Shown here: piece by piece, positions 11,102 to 24,566 of the stretch
How the letters are laid out: every line of letters starts with the position of its first letter
How positions within the stretch are numbered: position 1 is the first letter of the stretch
Assembly (NCBI GenBank): GCA_037447605.1
Contig: CM074805.1
Coordinates: 963,361 to 1,027,360 of the forward strand
From: Zygnema circumcarinatum SAG 698-1b
Taxonomy: Eukaryota; Plantae; Zygnematophyceae
Direction: 5' to 3'
Length of the DNA stretch: 64,000 nt
The notes under the pieces: generated by a model
Told to the model about the DNA's origin: nothing
Seen by the model: only the letters and a program-made list of their open reading frames with translations
Database searches by the model: none
Made by a program: the position numbers and the translations under genes

Positions 11102-13119
11102 CTAACAAGCCCTCGATTTTTTTGCCGGAGGCATGCAGTAGTCCTTAATGTCGATTCCGAGGTCTTCGTCAGTTTCAATTCCAACTTCTTCCTGGAATAG
11201 GAAATACGTTGACCAATAAGTGTAGACTAACGTGTTTCTGAGGTTATACTGACAAGTCATGCGAAACGAACACTAGTCTGCAAAATGGAAATGCTTGGGA
11301 CTAAGGAATAATGCTTACAGCAAAGTCTTTCAGATTCTTCGGTACATGTTCAGACATGACACCCCAAAGGTCGTTGAAGACACGTTTTCGCTGTTGCAAC
11401 AAGGAGAGTTAAACCCGAAATCAACGACATAGACATTCAACGAGTGATCTCGAATAAATGATGATGGCCTCAAGGAGGAAGGAGAACTAGCAGGCGGCCG
11501 GCCTTTCAAGAACGGAAAGACATAGAAAATTTCCATGCAAAGTAGTTGCAACTTCAGGCTTCCTTCGAAGCACAGTGGTCGTTCTAGACTCGTTTATGGA
11601 TCAATATGCTCACAATAAGCGATGCAAGTACAAATTTGGATTTAAAGAACATGGCTGGACAGCAAATCAAAACCGTCTAAGTTAACATAACTTTTCCTCG
11701 AAGTTCATGACCGGTGCCAATCATCACCAAGGACGTATTCTGTACTGGTTAAAATCCCTCACCTGCTTCCACATAGCAGTTCTGCATTGGTAAGTATCTT
11801 CCACCTTTCTCCTTTCATCCTCTGTGACAAGCTGACCACCTTTGCGGAGCTCAACGAGCTTGACCTCCATACGCTCATTCTGCCCCGGAACAACCGAGTC
11901 ACACTGAGTCAAAATCATCCTTTTCAGGCAAGCATGCTCACCTCACTTCGAGAGAAGCGCTGTTTAACAAAACACAATGCAACAAAACATGCCAGCGAAA
12001 CTAGACCACCACACTCAATGAGTGAAAACGATTGACGAAAGAATTGAAAACCAACCGTAAATGTACTTCGTTCCAGACCATCAAAGTACAAATGCAAATA
12101 GCTGTGTGGGAAATGAAAGCTAGCATCAGCTTCTGGAAGCAGAACTTCTGACTTCCACGAGCATGCTAATGGAGGGCAAACAAAACCATCTTTCACGCGT
12201 GTACTCGCTCGACTTTCTCCTGGTGTTTTGAAGGATAATTGTTTGTACCTCTCGAGTCAGTCGCTCTATATTAATCTCAATCTGCTCTGTCGAAAGGCCC
12301 GATTCCAATCCTCGAACAACTGCAAAATTGAGAGGAGAGAGTTGCGAGCTTCACGGTCAACTCCATTTGAAGGACATGTATGGATGCAGCAAGACCCTTT
12401 TTTTAATTGTTTTCACTGTCTGCTATTGTCTTTCATAAGGAGCATCACGGAAGGGTAGTTTCATGCCTGCTTCAAGTTCGCTGCATGCTTTTTGCGCAGA
12501 TGTTGCCTCCTCCTGCAGCTTGCTGTTAAGCTTATTCATAGCTTCGAGTTCCTCATTGCTAGGAATCTGGAACTGATCTTGTCTTGCAACATAGATTCTT
12601 TGCTTGCCGTAGTCCTTGAACGAAATTTCACCCTTGCTACACGCTGCATCAAGAATTTTCTGAGCTTGCGTTTTCTTAATATTGAACTTTTGCAGCGCGT
12701 CTGCTATGTTCTGGACGTTGAGGGGACGGTTTTGCTGCAAGAAATGTCAACTCACATTGCGTATGAGAATGTAATGCAAGCCATGGATGCAAGCTGACTG
12801 ATCCCCTTTCATTTTAGAAAAAAAACCAAGATAAAAAAGGCCTATGGTTCTAGAGAAGATACAAATCTGCATGCTGACAATCCACATCTATGCAAGCGGG
12901 ATCTCACCTCGTTTAGGAAACCGATTACTCGTTCTGAACAAGTGAGACCATAAAAGCCACGAATGATGTCAGAAGAAAAACCATGAAATTTGCTCAGTTT
13001 GAAAGCAGGTTGCTAGAAATTTCCGGACATCTGGCAAAATGCAAGTTTCCAAATAAAAAAGGGAGCTTGCCAGCTGCTGTAAATATCTGACCTTCAGCGG
13101 AGGCAGTCTTTGTTGTCAT
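11102..13119 (-). CDS. HOP2: Homologous-pairing protein 2 (TBPIP), meiotic recombination
   Basis: MTTKTASAE/RVIGFLNE/QNRPLNVQNIADALQKFNIKKTQAQKILD...ISFKDYGKQRIYVARQDQF.../RKRVFNDLWGVMSE.../EEVGIETDED; 7 exons, one with a GC donor at 12466. Confidence 0.93.
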
Positions 13120-14577
13120 GACTGCTGAATAGCGCGGAGAATAGTCGCACACGTAAGAAAAAGGGAGAATTGTGCTGGAGTTAAGCCTTCTTGTATGTTA
13201 AAACAGAAAGAGGCAAAATTTCATTGGTTGGAGATAGGGAGGAAAGAAAATAGAATCTGACAACGATCACCAGGATCATCATGGTGGAATCTTCCGTATC
13301 CATCACTTTTTTCACCCTATTTTGGTTTCTCCCTCTGAAGCAAGCCTTACGTTAAAACGCCACATGATCCCTCGCTCATCCTGTCTTCCCATCTCTTCCT
13401 CAATCTCCCTAGCCCCCCCTCTCCCCCCGTCGTTTCTCTCCTGACATTCTTCGACTCCGCCCACCCTCGCTCTCAGCCTCTCACCCTATCCTTCTCTTTG
13501 CCCCCTTGTACATGCCCACCTGCTCCTTTCCTTTTAGCTTATCCCCCTGTATCTGTATTTCTCACTCAGCGTGGTTTGCATTAAGCCTTACCTGCTTGAG
13601 GGAGCAAACGGAAGAAAAAAAATTCAAATTTGCAAAATCTACTCCCAATATGAGTGCAAGCTGTAAAGCATCAAGCTGAAGAAGCCCCTGAAACTGTATG
13701 AGATTCAAACTTAATTTTGAAGCCGAGCGAGCCCCTTTCTTACCTGCGTCCTCTCCCGCCGAAAACGACCGCCGGACCCTTGCAACTTTACGCACAAGTT
13801 TGGACTTCAAAGTCGGTACTCCTTCTCGCCAAATTTAATAGTAGGAGCGAGATTCGAGGTACTTCTTTCAGAAAACATTCTACATCGAAGGTTTCAATTT
13901 TCACGAGGCGAGTCCCTCGAGGCGACCTCCTGTTTCCCCTCCTGTTATGAAATATGAATATGAAATTCCGAATTCTGAAATTGCGTGCTACCTGCGCTAC
14001 CTGTCGTTCCGTTCCATGGCACGACATGGCATGTGCATGGCATGGCATGGCCATCGAATGTGAGGCCACCGCCGCATGGCATGTAGCCAACAAGTCGCCT
14101 TCAACGCTTGTTGGACATGGAACCACGGCCGTGGGAAATTAACGGTATTCGCTTCGACAGATCCACTGCGCCGCCCGCGATCCAGATCCACAGCTGCTAG
14201 AAAGTTGTGCGCCACGTGCCCTGACGCCGCGCCTCGACGCTGCATGCTTCACCTCACGCCACGTCGCAGCGTACGGATCAAGAGTGGATCCGCGGGCCAC
14301 CCCCTGATAGTGGCTTCCGGCGCGTCCACGTGCACGCTCCTCCGTCTGTGGCTGCTGCCCTCTCTGCCTCCCTCCCTCCCTCCCTCCCTCCCCTCTACAT
14401 AGGGCGCGGAGAGCGACACTTAGGGGGACCAGCTACAGAAATCCAAATACGTGTACGACGCCTCTGCAAGCTCCGGCGTCTCCTCCATCTGCTGTTTATT
14501 GTGGTTTTCTGTACTTCTAAGTAAAGTGAGCTTGCACATTTGTTTGCTGAGGAGGCGAGGCGGTTGCTCGGTGCAGG

Positions 14578-17213
14578 ATGTCGCAGGCAGTGCTAGGTCT
14601 TCAAGCCCCTGTAGCTGAAGCTTTTGGAGCAGCAGCGCTGCATTCTGCTCAGCAGTCTCATAGCCAGATCCTTAGTAAGAGCTTCACGCGTACTTTGAAA
14701 GCGTCCAATGGCGTGCGGTTGCAAGCAGTGTCACGGTCTGCATGCCGGCTGCGGCGAGTCACATGCGCGGCAGAGGCTTCCGTAGTAGCGTCAGATAACT
14801 GGGTTCCAGTCATCCCGATCGAGGCGCTGCCGAAGGGAGAGCGAAGATTAGTGCGTCAAGATGGCCAAACGATTTTGTTGCTTTGGTATAGAAACGAAAT
14901 TTATGCGATTGAGAACAATTCTCCCGCAGAAGGAGCGTATGCAGAAGGTTTTATCAATGCGAAATTGACACAGGTAACCTCTTAAGTCAAGCCACATCTG
15001 CCTGTGTGGGATGAATATTCTGCATAGATGTTTCTTAAATGCAGCAGTTGGGAAGTTGTTGGAGATGTTATGCATTGTGAATTTCCTTGTACATGCCTCC
15101 TTTGCAGGAATTACCTTGGATGGTTTTGAGAGGTTTTTAGTCCATTACTTGCCGCCGGATGAATGAATGAAAGGCGCCCTTAAGGTTTATCCTTTAAAAG
15201 TTCAACTGATGAATATGAGTCGTAGTATGAGTTCAATCCTTCCAGGATCATACATAGCTACCATCCCTGGATGTGTTTACTTGTAGATATTTCTGGCCCT
15301 TAGAGATGGCTCTCTCATGAAGCTCTAAAAAAAAATTTGGTATTCATGTCATTTTTTTAAAAGCAAAATAATTTTGGATAGGGTTGTACTCAATACGTCA
15401 TTACTGGAGTAAAGAATGTTTCTGAAATTGGAGCCTGTTTAGCATGGCTTGGCTGCTACATGGAACCTGTAAATGCCCACAGTAATGAGAGGCATGAAAC
15501 TGAGAGAAGAAACTGTTGTGCCTTTTCTTCAAAGTCTCCTTCCTGTGCTCACTTTCTTCTGTAAAGCTTCATTGTGATGGGCATCGAAAAAATATGTCAA
15601 ACCCCATGTTTGCAATTTGTTCAAGGGAAATCCATTTTCATTTTGTGTGTGACTTGCTAGACTATCGGATCATCCTTTTTTCTTTAAGCCAACTGAGCAT
15701 TCCGCATAGCATGCGGACGTTGACTTTATGGATGTCTGCTAGTTTAAATGCGCTATTTGTAATTCCAAGAGTTTCTACATTTATTCGTTGTAAGTATTGA
15801 AAGAATACACAGTTTGCTTGGGTTTGACACTGGTGTCAGATTCTGACTCAGGAGGAGCTACCCTCAACTTTGTCGTTTTGCAGGATGGCTGCATTGTTTG
15901 TCCCAGCACTGATTCAACCTACGATCTAAAGACTGGGCAAGTGAAGGAGTGGTATCCGAAGAACCCTGTCATGCGAGCTCTTACCAAGTCCCTCCGCGAT
16001 ATGGTCGTGTATCCTGTGAAGATTGAGGACTACCAGATTTGCGTCAACCTTCAGAGCGAAGCGACTGGCTCCACAGCTGAGCTCGTTTTTGGAGGAGACA
16101 TCAGAGTGGGGCAGACTGCAACCGACGTTGCCGTTGACGAGGTATAGTCCTTCAATTTCAAAGTTGAATCGCAATATGACAAACAAACTCCCTTTCTTGT
16201 CTCTTGTTCATCTTCATTTTATCTTTTTAGAGGAGCGGGTTTAATTGAAATCCTGCTCGTCCTTCTTGAACTACCTTCAATATGGACACCTTCGGCGCAG
16301 GTAGTTCCCTGGTGAAGTTTTTATTTACAACTGCCAAATTCAGCAATTTGGCAATCATGAAAGTCAAATTTAATCTTAAAAGTCAAACTACTAGCATAAG
16401 TATGCTGCTACTTTTGCAACTGATTCTGCCAATTAGGACGTTTCAGCTCGCAGTTCTTTATCTTTGTCAGTAGCCTTTCCTCCACATTTAAATCTGCAGG
16501 TGGCCATTTTTACTTTTTGCAGGTTGCTCTACTTCATGCATGCAAAACCACAGTTTTTTGTATGGTTCCATATCGTTCCGTACGGTTCAGAACACCGCTA
16601 GTTTCTTTCAGTATGAAACGCTGTCCTTACGGGATTGCACTTGAGAATTTGAAGGAACTGAACTTTAGAAAATGTCTCATTCGGTACTCTATTCATTTTT
16701 TTAGAATTATTTTTAAGAAATGCGTCTCATTTGGTACATGTGAAGTCAAAGCAGCAGTTAATGCCTTTACTCTCCTGCTAAGCTACTCGCTCAAACTCTT
16801 CTGGAGCTCTCTGAACTGCCCCAGGATGATGGTCTACATCCCTGTTGTCTGACCCTTTCAAGTCCTGCAAGTCCTTGAATGCTATTTTGCTTAATGTGCT
16901 CTGATCATAAGATTCTACCTTCGTCTTCTTTTTGCTTCTTGTCTCATAAGGCCGACGGTTTGTACCCAAGACATGTCAATTGACATACTGGAGAAATTGT
17001 TATGTGCTGCAGGTGAGGATGATTGTTGATGAGGACGAAGGAGGCTTCGGATTTACTGCCAAGAATGAACTCGTCAATGGGCGTGCAGCCATGGTGGGCT
17101 TTGTAATGCTTTTAATTATCGAGCTTGTGACCGGAGAGGGCTTCTTGGCGACCACAGGATTCCTGAACTTCCTTTACCGCACCGCGTTGAAAGGATACCC
17201 AATCATTCCATAG
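14578..17213 (+). CDS. PSB33: Thylakoid Rieske-like protein with C-terminal LHC-like helix (PSB33/TEF5/LIL8)
   Basis: Exons 14578-14973, 15884-16141, 17013-17213. Transit peptide, then NWVPVIP...LPKGERR...SPAEGAY...DGCIVCPSTDSTYDLKTG...FTAKNELVNGRAAMVGF. Confidence 0.93.
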
Positions 17214-18756
17214 AGGAGGAGGCGTGTAGATGATGATGATGATGTAGAGCTCGTCGTTTTTTGCAGCGAATTAATGAGTGGGCGGAGCGTGTGAGTTGGA
17301 GCCATTTCTAGCAAATCGCAAGTTTCTGGAAATGTCTCCTCGTTTTTGGCAAACCTCTGGCGAGTTTAGATCTGTTTGTACTTGTGTTCGATGTTGTTGT
17401 ATTACTTATTGTGAAATAAAAAATTGTGTGCAGTGAATGAGAGAAACTTGCCTCTGGGTGACCCTGCCTACCTCCAGTCTTTTGATAGTATTAGAAATTA
17501 AATGAAATTCAGAGGCAAGGGGATTTGTCCATTGATCAATTCTGGTTCTCGTGAACGGCTAAGTGACAATGCAAATTCGATTGAAATATGTAAATCTGCT
17601 CGCGCGAGTATTAAGCAGCCTCTAGGTTTCAGTAACTACAAATTCCTTCTCCTTCCTTCCTTCTTGGTTCCTTCGTCCTTCCTTCTTGTTGTCGTGGGCA
17701 CAATGCCACATCTCGTACTTCTTGCCCATATGTCGAATTACAAATCATGCGAATGGGGAGAAAGATCTTCGTAAAAGCTTGCCATGGCAACAGCACCAAC
17801 TTCAAAAAGGAAAATGGATGTGACATTCCTTCCCTTACATCAACAAGGCTTTGACCATCCGTGCTTGCAATGCAGCTTATTTTTCGCCGTAGCTGGGTTC
17901 CTACTAAACTTGAAGCCGACTTTCATCCAAACACTCGCACTGCTACGTTTGCACGAAGCCCTACTCAACGTCACGAGTCGAATGCCAGCCCACAGTCATC
18001 TTCACATCTTTTTATGTCAAACCTTTGAAACCTTTGACGGCTTTGCGAGCTGAGAACGTATAAGTGGAATGTAAGTCACAGCGTTGCAGGTTTGCGGCTG
18101 AATGCAGCACTGCATAACATTGCCATCGCAGCACAAGGCACCTCTTGTCTGTTCGCTGTCGTTCGGAATCGTCGGAGAACATGCCCAGCGTTTGCAGCAA
18201 AGACACGGAGTAATGTATAGAAAGCAAAAAGAAATTGTATAAATGCTGGCCATCTTCCTTCTGCAGCTTCAATAGAATCTATACAGAGTCTGGCATCAAG
18301 ACACATTCACTCTCACATGACGATGCTCCCTCAGCAACGCAGGCAGCACAGACGCTGCTGCAGCAACTGCCAACCCTAAAAGCAGTCAGCAAAAGCGGAA
18401 CCTGATCACTGCCCTAAACGATCCTTCCGTCCGAGACCCCGCTGACGCCATCACGCACTCGGCCGCACCCTAATCCTAAACTCAACAAGTTTAACGGAAT
18501 CCGCTTCATGACAGTATATGATTCGTACTGGATTAGTTTTGGCATTGAAGCTCATGGCTGCAACCTCTGGACCTTGGACGGAACAGCAAACAAACAAACA
18601 AGAAAAAGTGAAATGCTTTTGAGAGTTCACCGCTCGAAGAACAGCTAGAAAGCGAAAGTCAATCATTGCAGCCTGGGAGGAGCTTAATTGACCTTCTGCG
18701 GCCTATAACCATGTGAAAAATTGCATTGGATCTTTTTAATCTTTGATTAAGCAGGT

Positions 18757-21700
18757 ATGAGTAGTCTTTTATTCGACGTCGTGCAAGGCGTTTTGACTGC
18801 TTTTGATACCTCAGTGTCAACTGCATGGAAAGAAGAGGATCGAAAGTGGTTCGCAGAGGACCGCAACTGGAGAGAGGAGGACTTGCAATGGCGGGAAGTG
18901 GAGTACGCTTCTTTGTTGTCAGGAAAGGATCATCGACGAAGGGGAAACAGGTCCGGCGAAGTGAATGTGCCCCCCTAAAGCACCATATTTAGCATTTTTG
19001 ACAAAAACTATGTAGTGCAGTGAATTGCTGGAACAGTGAGCATCAGCATTATGTCAATCGACATCAGAGCAAAGAAAAGAAGTTTAATGAAAAAACGAAA
19101 GAGCAAGAATATTATCCTTTCGACCTGGTCGCCACTTGAATGTCTGTTCCAGGTCCAATCAGGATGTTGATGTCAATGTGTGCTTGAATGGCTGAAGTTC
19201 ATGGGTTTCTTTGTAAACACTTGAGGCTTGATTTGCCTCGAAGTGGGAAATTCAGATGGCGGGCAGCAGATATCGATCAACGGAATTTAGAAAACGCTCG
19301 AACCCTTTGGTTGAGGTGAGGAAACTGTTTTATTGGTGATGTTTTCAACCCAGACGGTTTTGGAGTTTGAGTTAGGAGTAGTTGCATATGAGGAATATTG
19401 TAGATATTTTTACTTTATTCGCTGGGCGATTGAAGCTCCTTGAGAAGAATTTTCTTTTTTGACGGATGCCGTTCCGGTGTTGAATGCTGCGATCGTATCA
19501 TCATGCTGCTTTCCTTCCCAGCAAAAGATTAACTGCATCAAAGTACGCCCCAGGGTAGCTAAAGAGCTTGCAGTGACAAGCATACAACAGCTGCACTTGC
19601 TGATTTTGAGATGAAAGAGTCTACTGTCTGTTCAAGATCATGCAAGGTCTGGTCTTGCCGGCTTTTCTCAATGACGTAGAGGATTGGCGCATTGTCCATG
19701 TTTGCATCCTTTGCATGCTTTCTATTGGTTCTTTGGTCAAAATGTGTATATACGATTTGACATGATAGGAGTAAATCTCACCTTGCAGTCTTCCCAAGTT
19801 AGGTAACCTAGTTTGTACCCTGTAGGATGGCCGGGCAGGCAGGTGATCCGACTCTTGGCAGTACGTGCCCTAATCTGAGAGGGATAGGGACCTGGAAAAA
19901 AAGAATTCTGTTATTCTAATATGTGACGAGACTTTCTGCTTAATTGCAGACTCATTGGCAGGTTGTTAAGTCTTATCTTACATCCTTCAAAGTGTTTGGG
20001 AGGGCCAGGTTTGTTGAAAAGAATCGGAGAGATGTCGAAGAGAAGACGGAGCTCCTGAAAGCAATCCTGAACATTGCCGCTGTATTCGCAGGTTTTTCGG
20101 TGGTGACTTTAACTCAGCTAAAGATAGAATATCCCGGTGTTCCTCTTGTGAGTGCAGTCCACTTGTTGCTTCTCGCGTTCTGTTGCTTGCTGAGAGTGAA
20201 CCCAAATGGATGTAGTAGGAATAAGGTCGGCGTGATTACAAGCAATAAGAATCATATATGTGCTTCGTTGGTATCCTATTTAAATACTTTTCACTTGCAC
20301 CGACTGTAGCTCGATAGCAATCTGCGCTAGTGAAGGTACAACCAATGTATTGATCAACTTATGGGTATGAAACTGATGAAAGAATGTCTGTTTCTCCTTC
20401 AGGTCTTGGTTTCTATCTATGCACTCCTAACAGCGAGCGTGGTGAGTGAGCTCCCTTTGCCCGAATTTGGAGCATAGGAGGACCGGTCAAAATCAAATGA
20501 CTACGAATGGTTTGAACTGCGTAGCATGTGTGCACAATAGGAAACCCATTTACATGGTTACATTTTGGCGGTTTAAGAAACCGGACTATAATTAAAACTG
20601 ATCCTGCAGGAATTTTTGGTTACTTCTCGTTTTCCCAGGAGAACGCTTGCTTGTTGGTTTCTGACTTCCAGTGGTGAACAGTAAGCGGCTGATGCTTCAT
20701 CATGCTAAGCAGAACTTTAACTGCCTATTGTAGATTGGGAAGAACAACAAAGATTCTGTTGAAAAGAGAGAGAAAGGGGATGGTTGCAGGCAGGCCTGTT
20801 GAGCATAACACTCGTTACCTGTTCCTTACTCCTCGGTGCTATTCTCAAGACTGGGAAAGCGTATGTGAATGAAGTAGCAGAAGAGGAATTCATGTGGGCA
20901 TGTCGATCGTTTTGTACGAACTATCAGCTTGGTGATCGGCCACCTCTGCCCCGCCGCACATTTGAGGCTTTTTGGGTCATCCGGTGAGCCATCATCTAGC
21001 ATGCAAAAAAAAAAAAATGCCCATACGAGTCAAACTATACGAGATGGTCGACCTCGCGTTCATATGTTTGCTCCACCCTTGAAGTCCCGGGGTTCAGATC
21101 TGAGCACATGCACTACACTTTACGAAAAAATGTCATTCTTCTCTGCAGTGCTCGGTGCAAGTCAACCAATGGCCAGATATGATATTGGTGTATAATTCGG
21201 ACCCTCTCAGTACATGTTTTAGGTCAAGAAACCCTGCACGTAATACAAGTCTCATGGAAACTAGGTTTATGACAGCAATGTGTTCAGTTCACCGGTGGGA
21301 TTCGAAATAATTGGCTGAGTGTCGCATGTACTGAGTGAGGTATTCAATGGTGCGTATTCTATCGCCGTAGACTCTAAAATATACTATGGGGTTGTGGGCA
21401 CAGATGTGAAACCAGCTGGCAGGTTGCCTTCATCTCCTTCCAGATTGGTAAGTGACCGAGCCATAAGCAGGTTTTGTAGGCTTTCAACTACCAGACACAA
21501 GGCCTTTCATACATAGCAAGAACTTGCAATGAATGTAGTTGACTTTGGGTTTTTGAAGGTCTGCATCCTCATGGAGTTTTTGTCTGCAAGAACAAATTGC
21601 TGAGCAAACAAACAACCAGACTGAAATGTATCTGAGTTTCGCAGTTTCTACCCAGTTTGTGAAAAAACTAAATCCTGGCATCAGGCGTATCTGTTTGGTT

Positions 21701-22526
21701 TATTGTTGCAGGAATTTCAGCCTTTCTTCTGAGTCTTATTCCTATCGGGTAGGCGTCAGAGCTCTTGATCCTTTGGGCCAAGAAACATAGGAAGGCTGTC
21801 ATTGCAATGGACTTGGCTTTAAAGCACTGTAAGTGTGTACTCATACACAGAGTAATCAAAGAAGAGAATTGGTTTGATATTTCAAGATGCTTCGTGCCTT
21901 GAACCGAGAAGACAGTGTGACCATGTAAGAGCAGTGGCAGCTGCCGGCTACTCCAATCCAATCTCATGCATTTCTTCTCTGCTTCCTTTCAGGTGGATGG
22001 TCTTTGTAGGCAAACTAAGCACCATTGTCTGCTGGATTATCATTATTAGCTGCGCCATTCTTTTCAGGTAAGGACTCTTACTTACTAAGATAATGCTATG
22101 GCTTGACCATCATGTTTGATGCTGGGTAGGAGCAAGACCATGCAGGTTATCGTTGTTCATCCCTAAAAGAGGGTGGTGTTAGATTGCAACTGCTTATTCT
22201 TCACCCGCGATTCCAACAAAATCTAGAAAGGCGCAAATAGGCTGTATTCCATAGTATCTTCTTAAAGAGTGCAAAGTACATTGGTGTTTCTCACCAGCAA
22301 TACTGTGCTCAGTTTGAACAAAACAACGAGCGATTGAGATCGTCATCTACATACTTCTACTTGCTTTGTTTTCCGCAGAGCTCTAATTCACTTCTCGAGG
22401 GGCTCCTACCTCCGAAAGCAGCCTTCAGGGGACTACTGTACGGACCTCTGGGTGCGAGGAGTGGGGCTGCCGTACGACTGGCATCGCTCCCCCGGCCAGA
22501 CTGACTGCTCTGCGGCGGGTTGCTGA
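18757..22526 (+). CDS. Orai/CRAC-channel-like protein, paralog A (9 exons)
   Basis: TM1 LKAILNIAAVFAGFSVVTLTQL aligns with Orai1 [22 protein letters not shown]. Four hydrophobic segments. Exons ~18757-18902, 19256-19315, 20009-20147, 20403-20441, 20790-20983, 21404-21447, 21712-21748, 21993-22067, 22379-22526. Confidence 0.82.
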
Positions 22527-23382
22527 CGTCAGCCGACGATTCAGAGGAGGATCGTTGGCGTCATCCGACCGCTCATAGAGGGGATGCTGCCGTGTGAGTA
22601 CGTGCTTCAGCGGAGACCTTCTCGGCCTTCCTTCGGGTGCCATTCCTGCCGCCATCTCTTTGGGCTCTCTCTGCTCCAATGAGCATCACATAGCATCGCC
22701 GTATGAGGGCATGGCGACCACCCATCAGTCCATCACTCACCCATCGTGCTATTCGAGTCATGATAAGGGCAGCTGCTCGCATGTATGTGCGCTCCTCCTC
22801 ACATTCATCATACATGATGAGGACAGGATGGTACCGTGCGCAGGGCATGGCCACTACCCGCCAAAGAAGACGTCTCATGCATGTGAGCCATGTGCTGCAG
22901 CTTCCATGCATGGCAGATAATCGCTACCCCATGTAAATATATAATTAGTGCAAGGCACTGGTTTCGCAAGTAGCCATGGATAGGGCCTCGAGGCAGAAGC
23001 TTTGGCTCCGCAAAGATGGAGATAGTATGACGGTTCCTTCCATTTCTTCTTACTTTGCATAACGTTTTGATTCTCAAGCAATATGATAAACGGATAGAAC
23101 TGCTCGAGTCAAGTACTTGCTCAATATCCATTTCCTTATGGTTTTTTGCTTTGCGCATTTCTTTATTTCCCCAATGAGGGAAGAATTGCAAAAATCACAA
23201 AATAACAAAAATTGTTGGCTTGTCAGCCAGAGCTTCAATTACAATAGGAGGTTCCAGACTGGGAAAAAATGCGATGGACTTTCTACTGAGTACTTTGTTG
23301 TCGCTGGAAAGCGTGTACTAATTTCGAATTCCGAAAGCGTGAATATTTTTCTGAGTCTGAAACCCCCTAAAGTGAAGGACAA

Positions 23383-24520
23383 TTAGGAAGCGCCCGGGTC
23401 ATGGATTGCTTGAAAGGTGCCGTTTGGAGCGTCATAGAAATATCTGCAGCCAACGCATGGACCGAACAAAAAGCACAATTGAGCCAAACGAAAACATTTT
23501 CTAGGTGAGAGCTACATTGTACCGAGACCCCCTTCTTTTTCTTTTCCATTCAGAGGGTGCCATTTTTTGCTCCTTGAAACAGCGTCAGAAAGAATTCAGT
23601 GACAAGAGCATGTCCTGACAGGGCTCCTTAGACACGCCCTTGCCTTTTAGCTTCTTGCTTGCGTTGAATAATGCGTGAGAGAGAAAACGATAGAAGGCTG
23701 AAAACAAACTGGAGGGTGGTCCTTTGAGTGACTTCTGGGAGCAGTCGGGGAAACAAAGCAGGTAGAACGAAAGGTACGGTAGGGGAGGAATCGCGCTGGT
23801 AGAGACATACCTGCAGAGGTAGAGGGGAGGCCCCAACTCCTCAGGGGTACGGCCCTGTGCTAGAAGCTCTTTGCGATGGTAGACTTCTCTCGCATATACT
23901 GAGGGAGGCAAGACGAGACAAGGCCCCCAGATGGCACCGACAGGGTTATCGTCGCAGTGATTAGACTCATACACCTGCCACAAGCCCATCTCCGAAGCGA
24001 AAGATACGTCAAAGATATTTTTGACAACGGGGCCATCACCAATATTGGAAAGCATACAACCCCTATACTTCCGCCTATCTGCTTCCTTTCTCACAGTCAT
24101 TTTCCTTCGTTTCGTTAACGTGTGTTACCTGTCCACATCTGTCATCTACTCAACCCTTCCCTTTTCTCCTATTCCCTCCCTTTCCTTCTCTACCTTCCAC
24201 CCAAGCGTCCGAAAGAGACCATACCTCATCTTCCTGAGCATCCACAGGCTTCCCTTCCACTGGGGGCAAATCCGACCTGTAGAAGCACCAGCTCACTCTA
24301 ACCAGCTTCTCACCGGTCGCCCTCTCCTCCCATAGAGCCTGCAAGAACAAGCAACATTCAATCCTAACAGCAGCTGAATGATTCTGTATATTATGCCAGG
24401 AAGAGCATGCCATCAACTGTTGCAATCATTTTGTCGGAGCAAGCAAAGAAAGGGGACACTGCTATAATGTTCAAAGCATTAACTTCCCTTCCCCCCCCCA
24501 CCCCACCCTCCCTTCGCTTT

Positions 24521-24566
<46 letters not shown>

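Noticed and set aside
14578-17213. Rieske domain lacking Fe-S ligands fused to an LHC helix as a novel fusion
   Set aside because: This is the known architecture of PSB33/TEF5.
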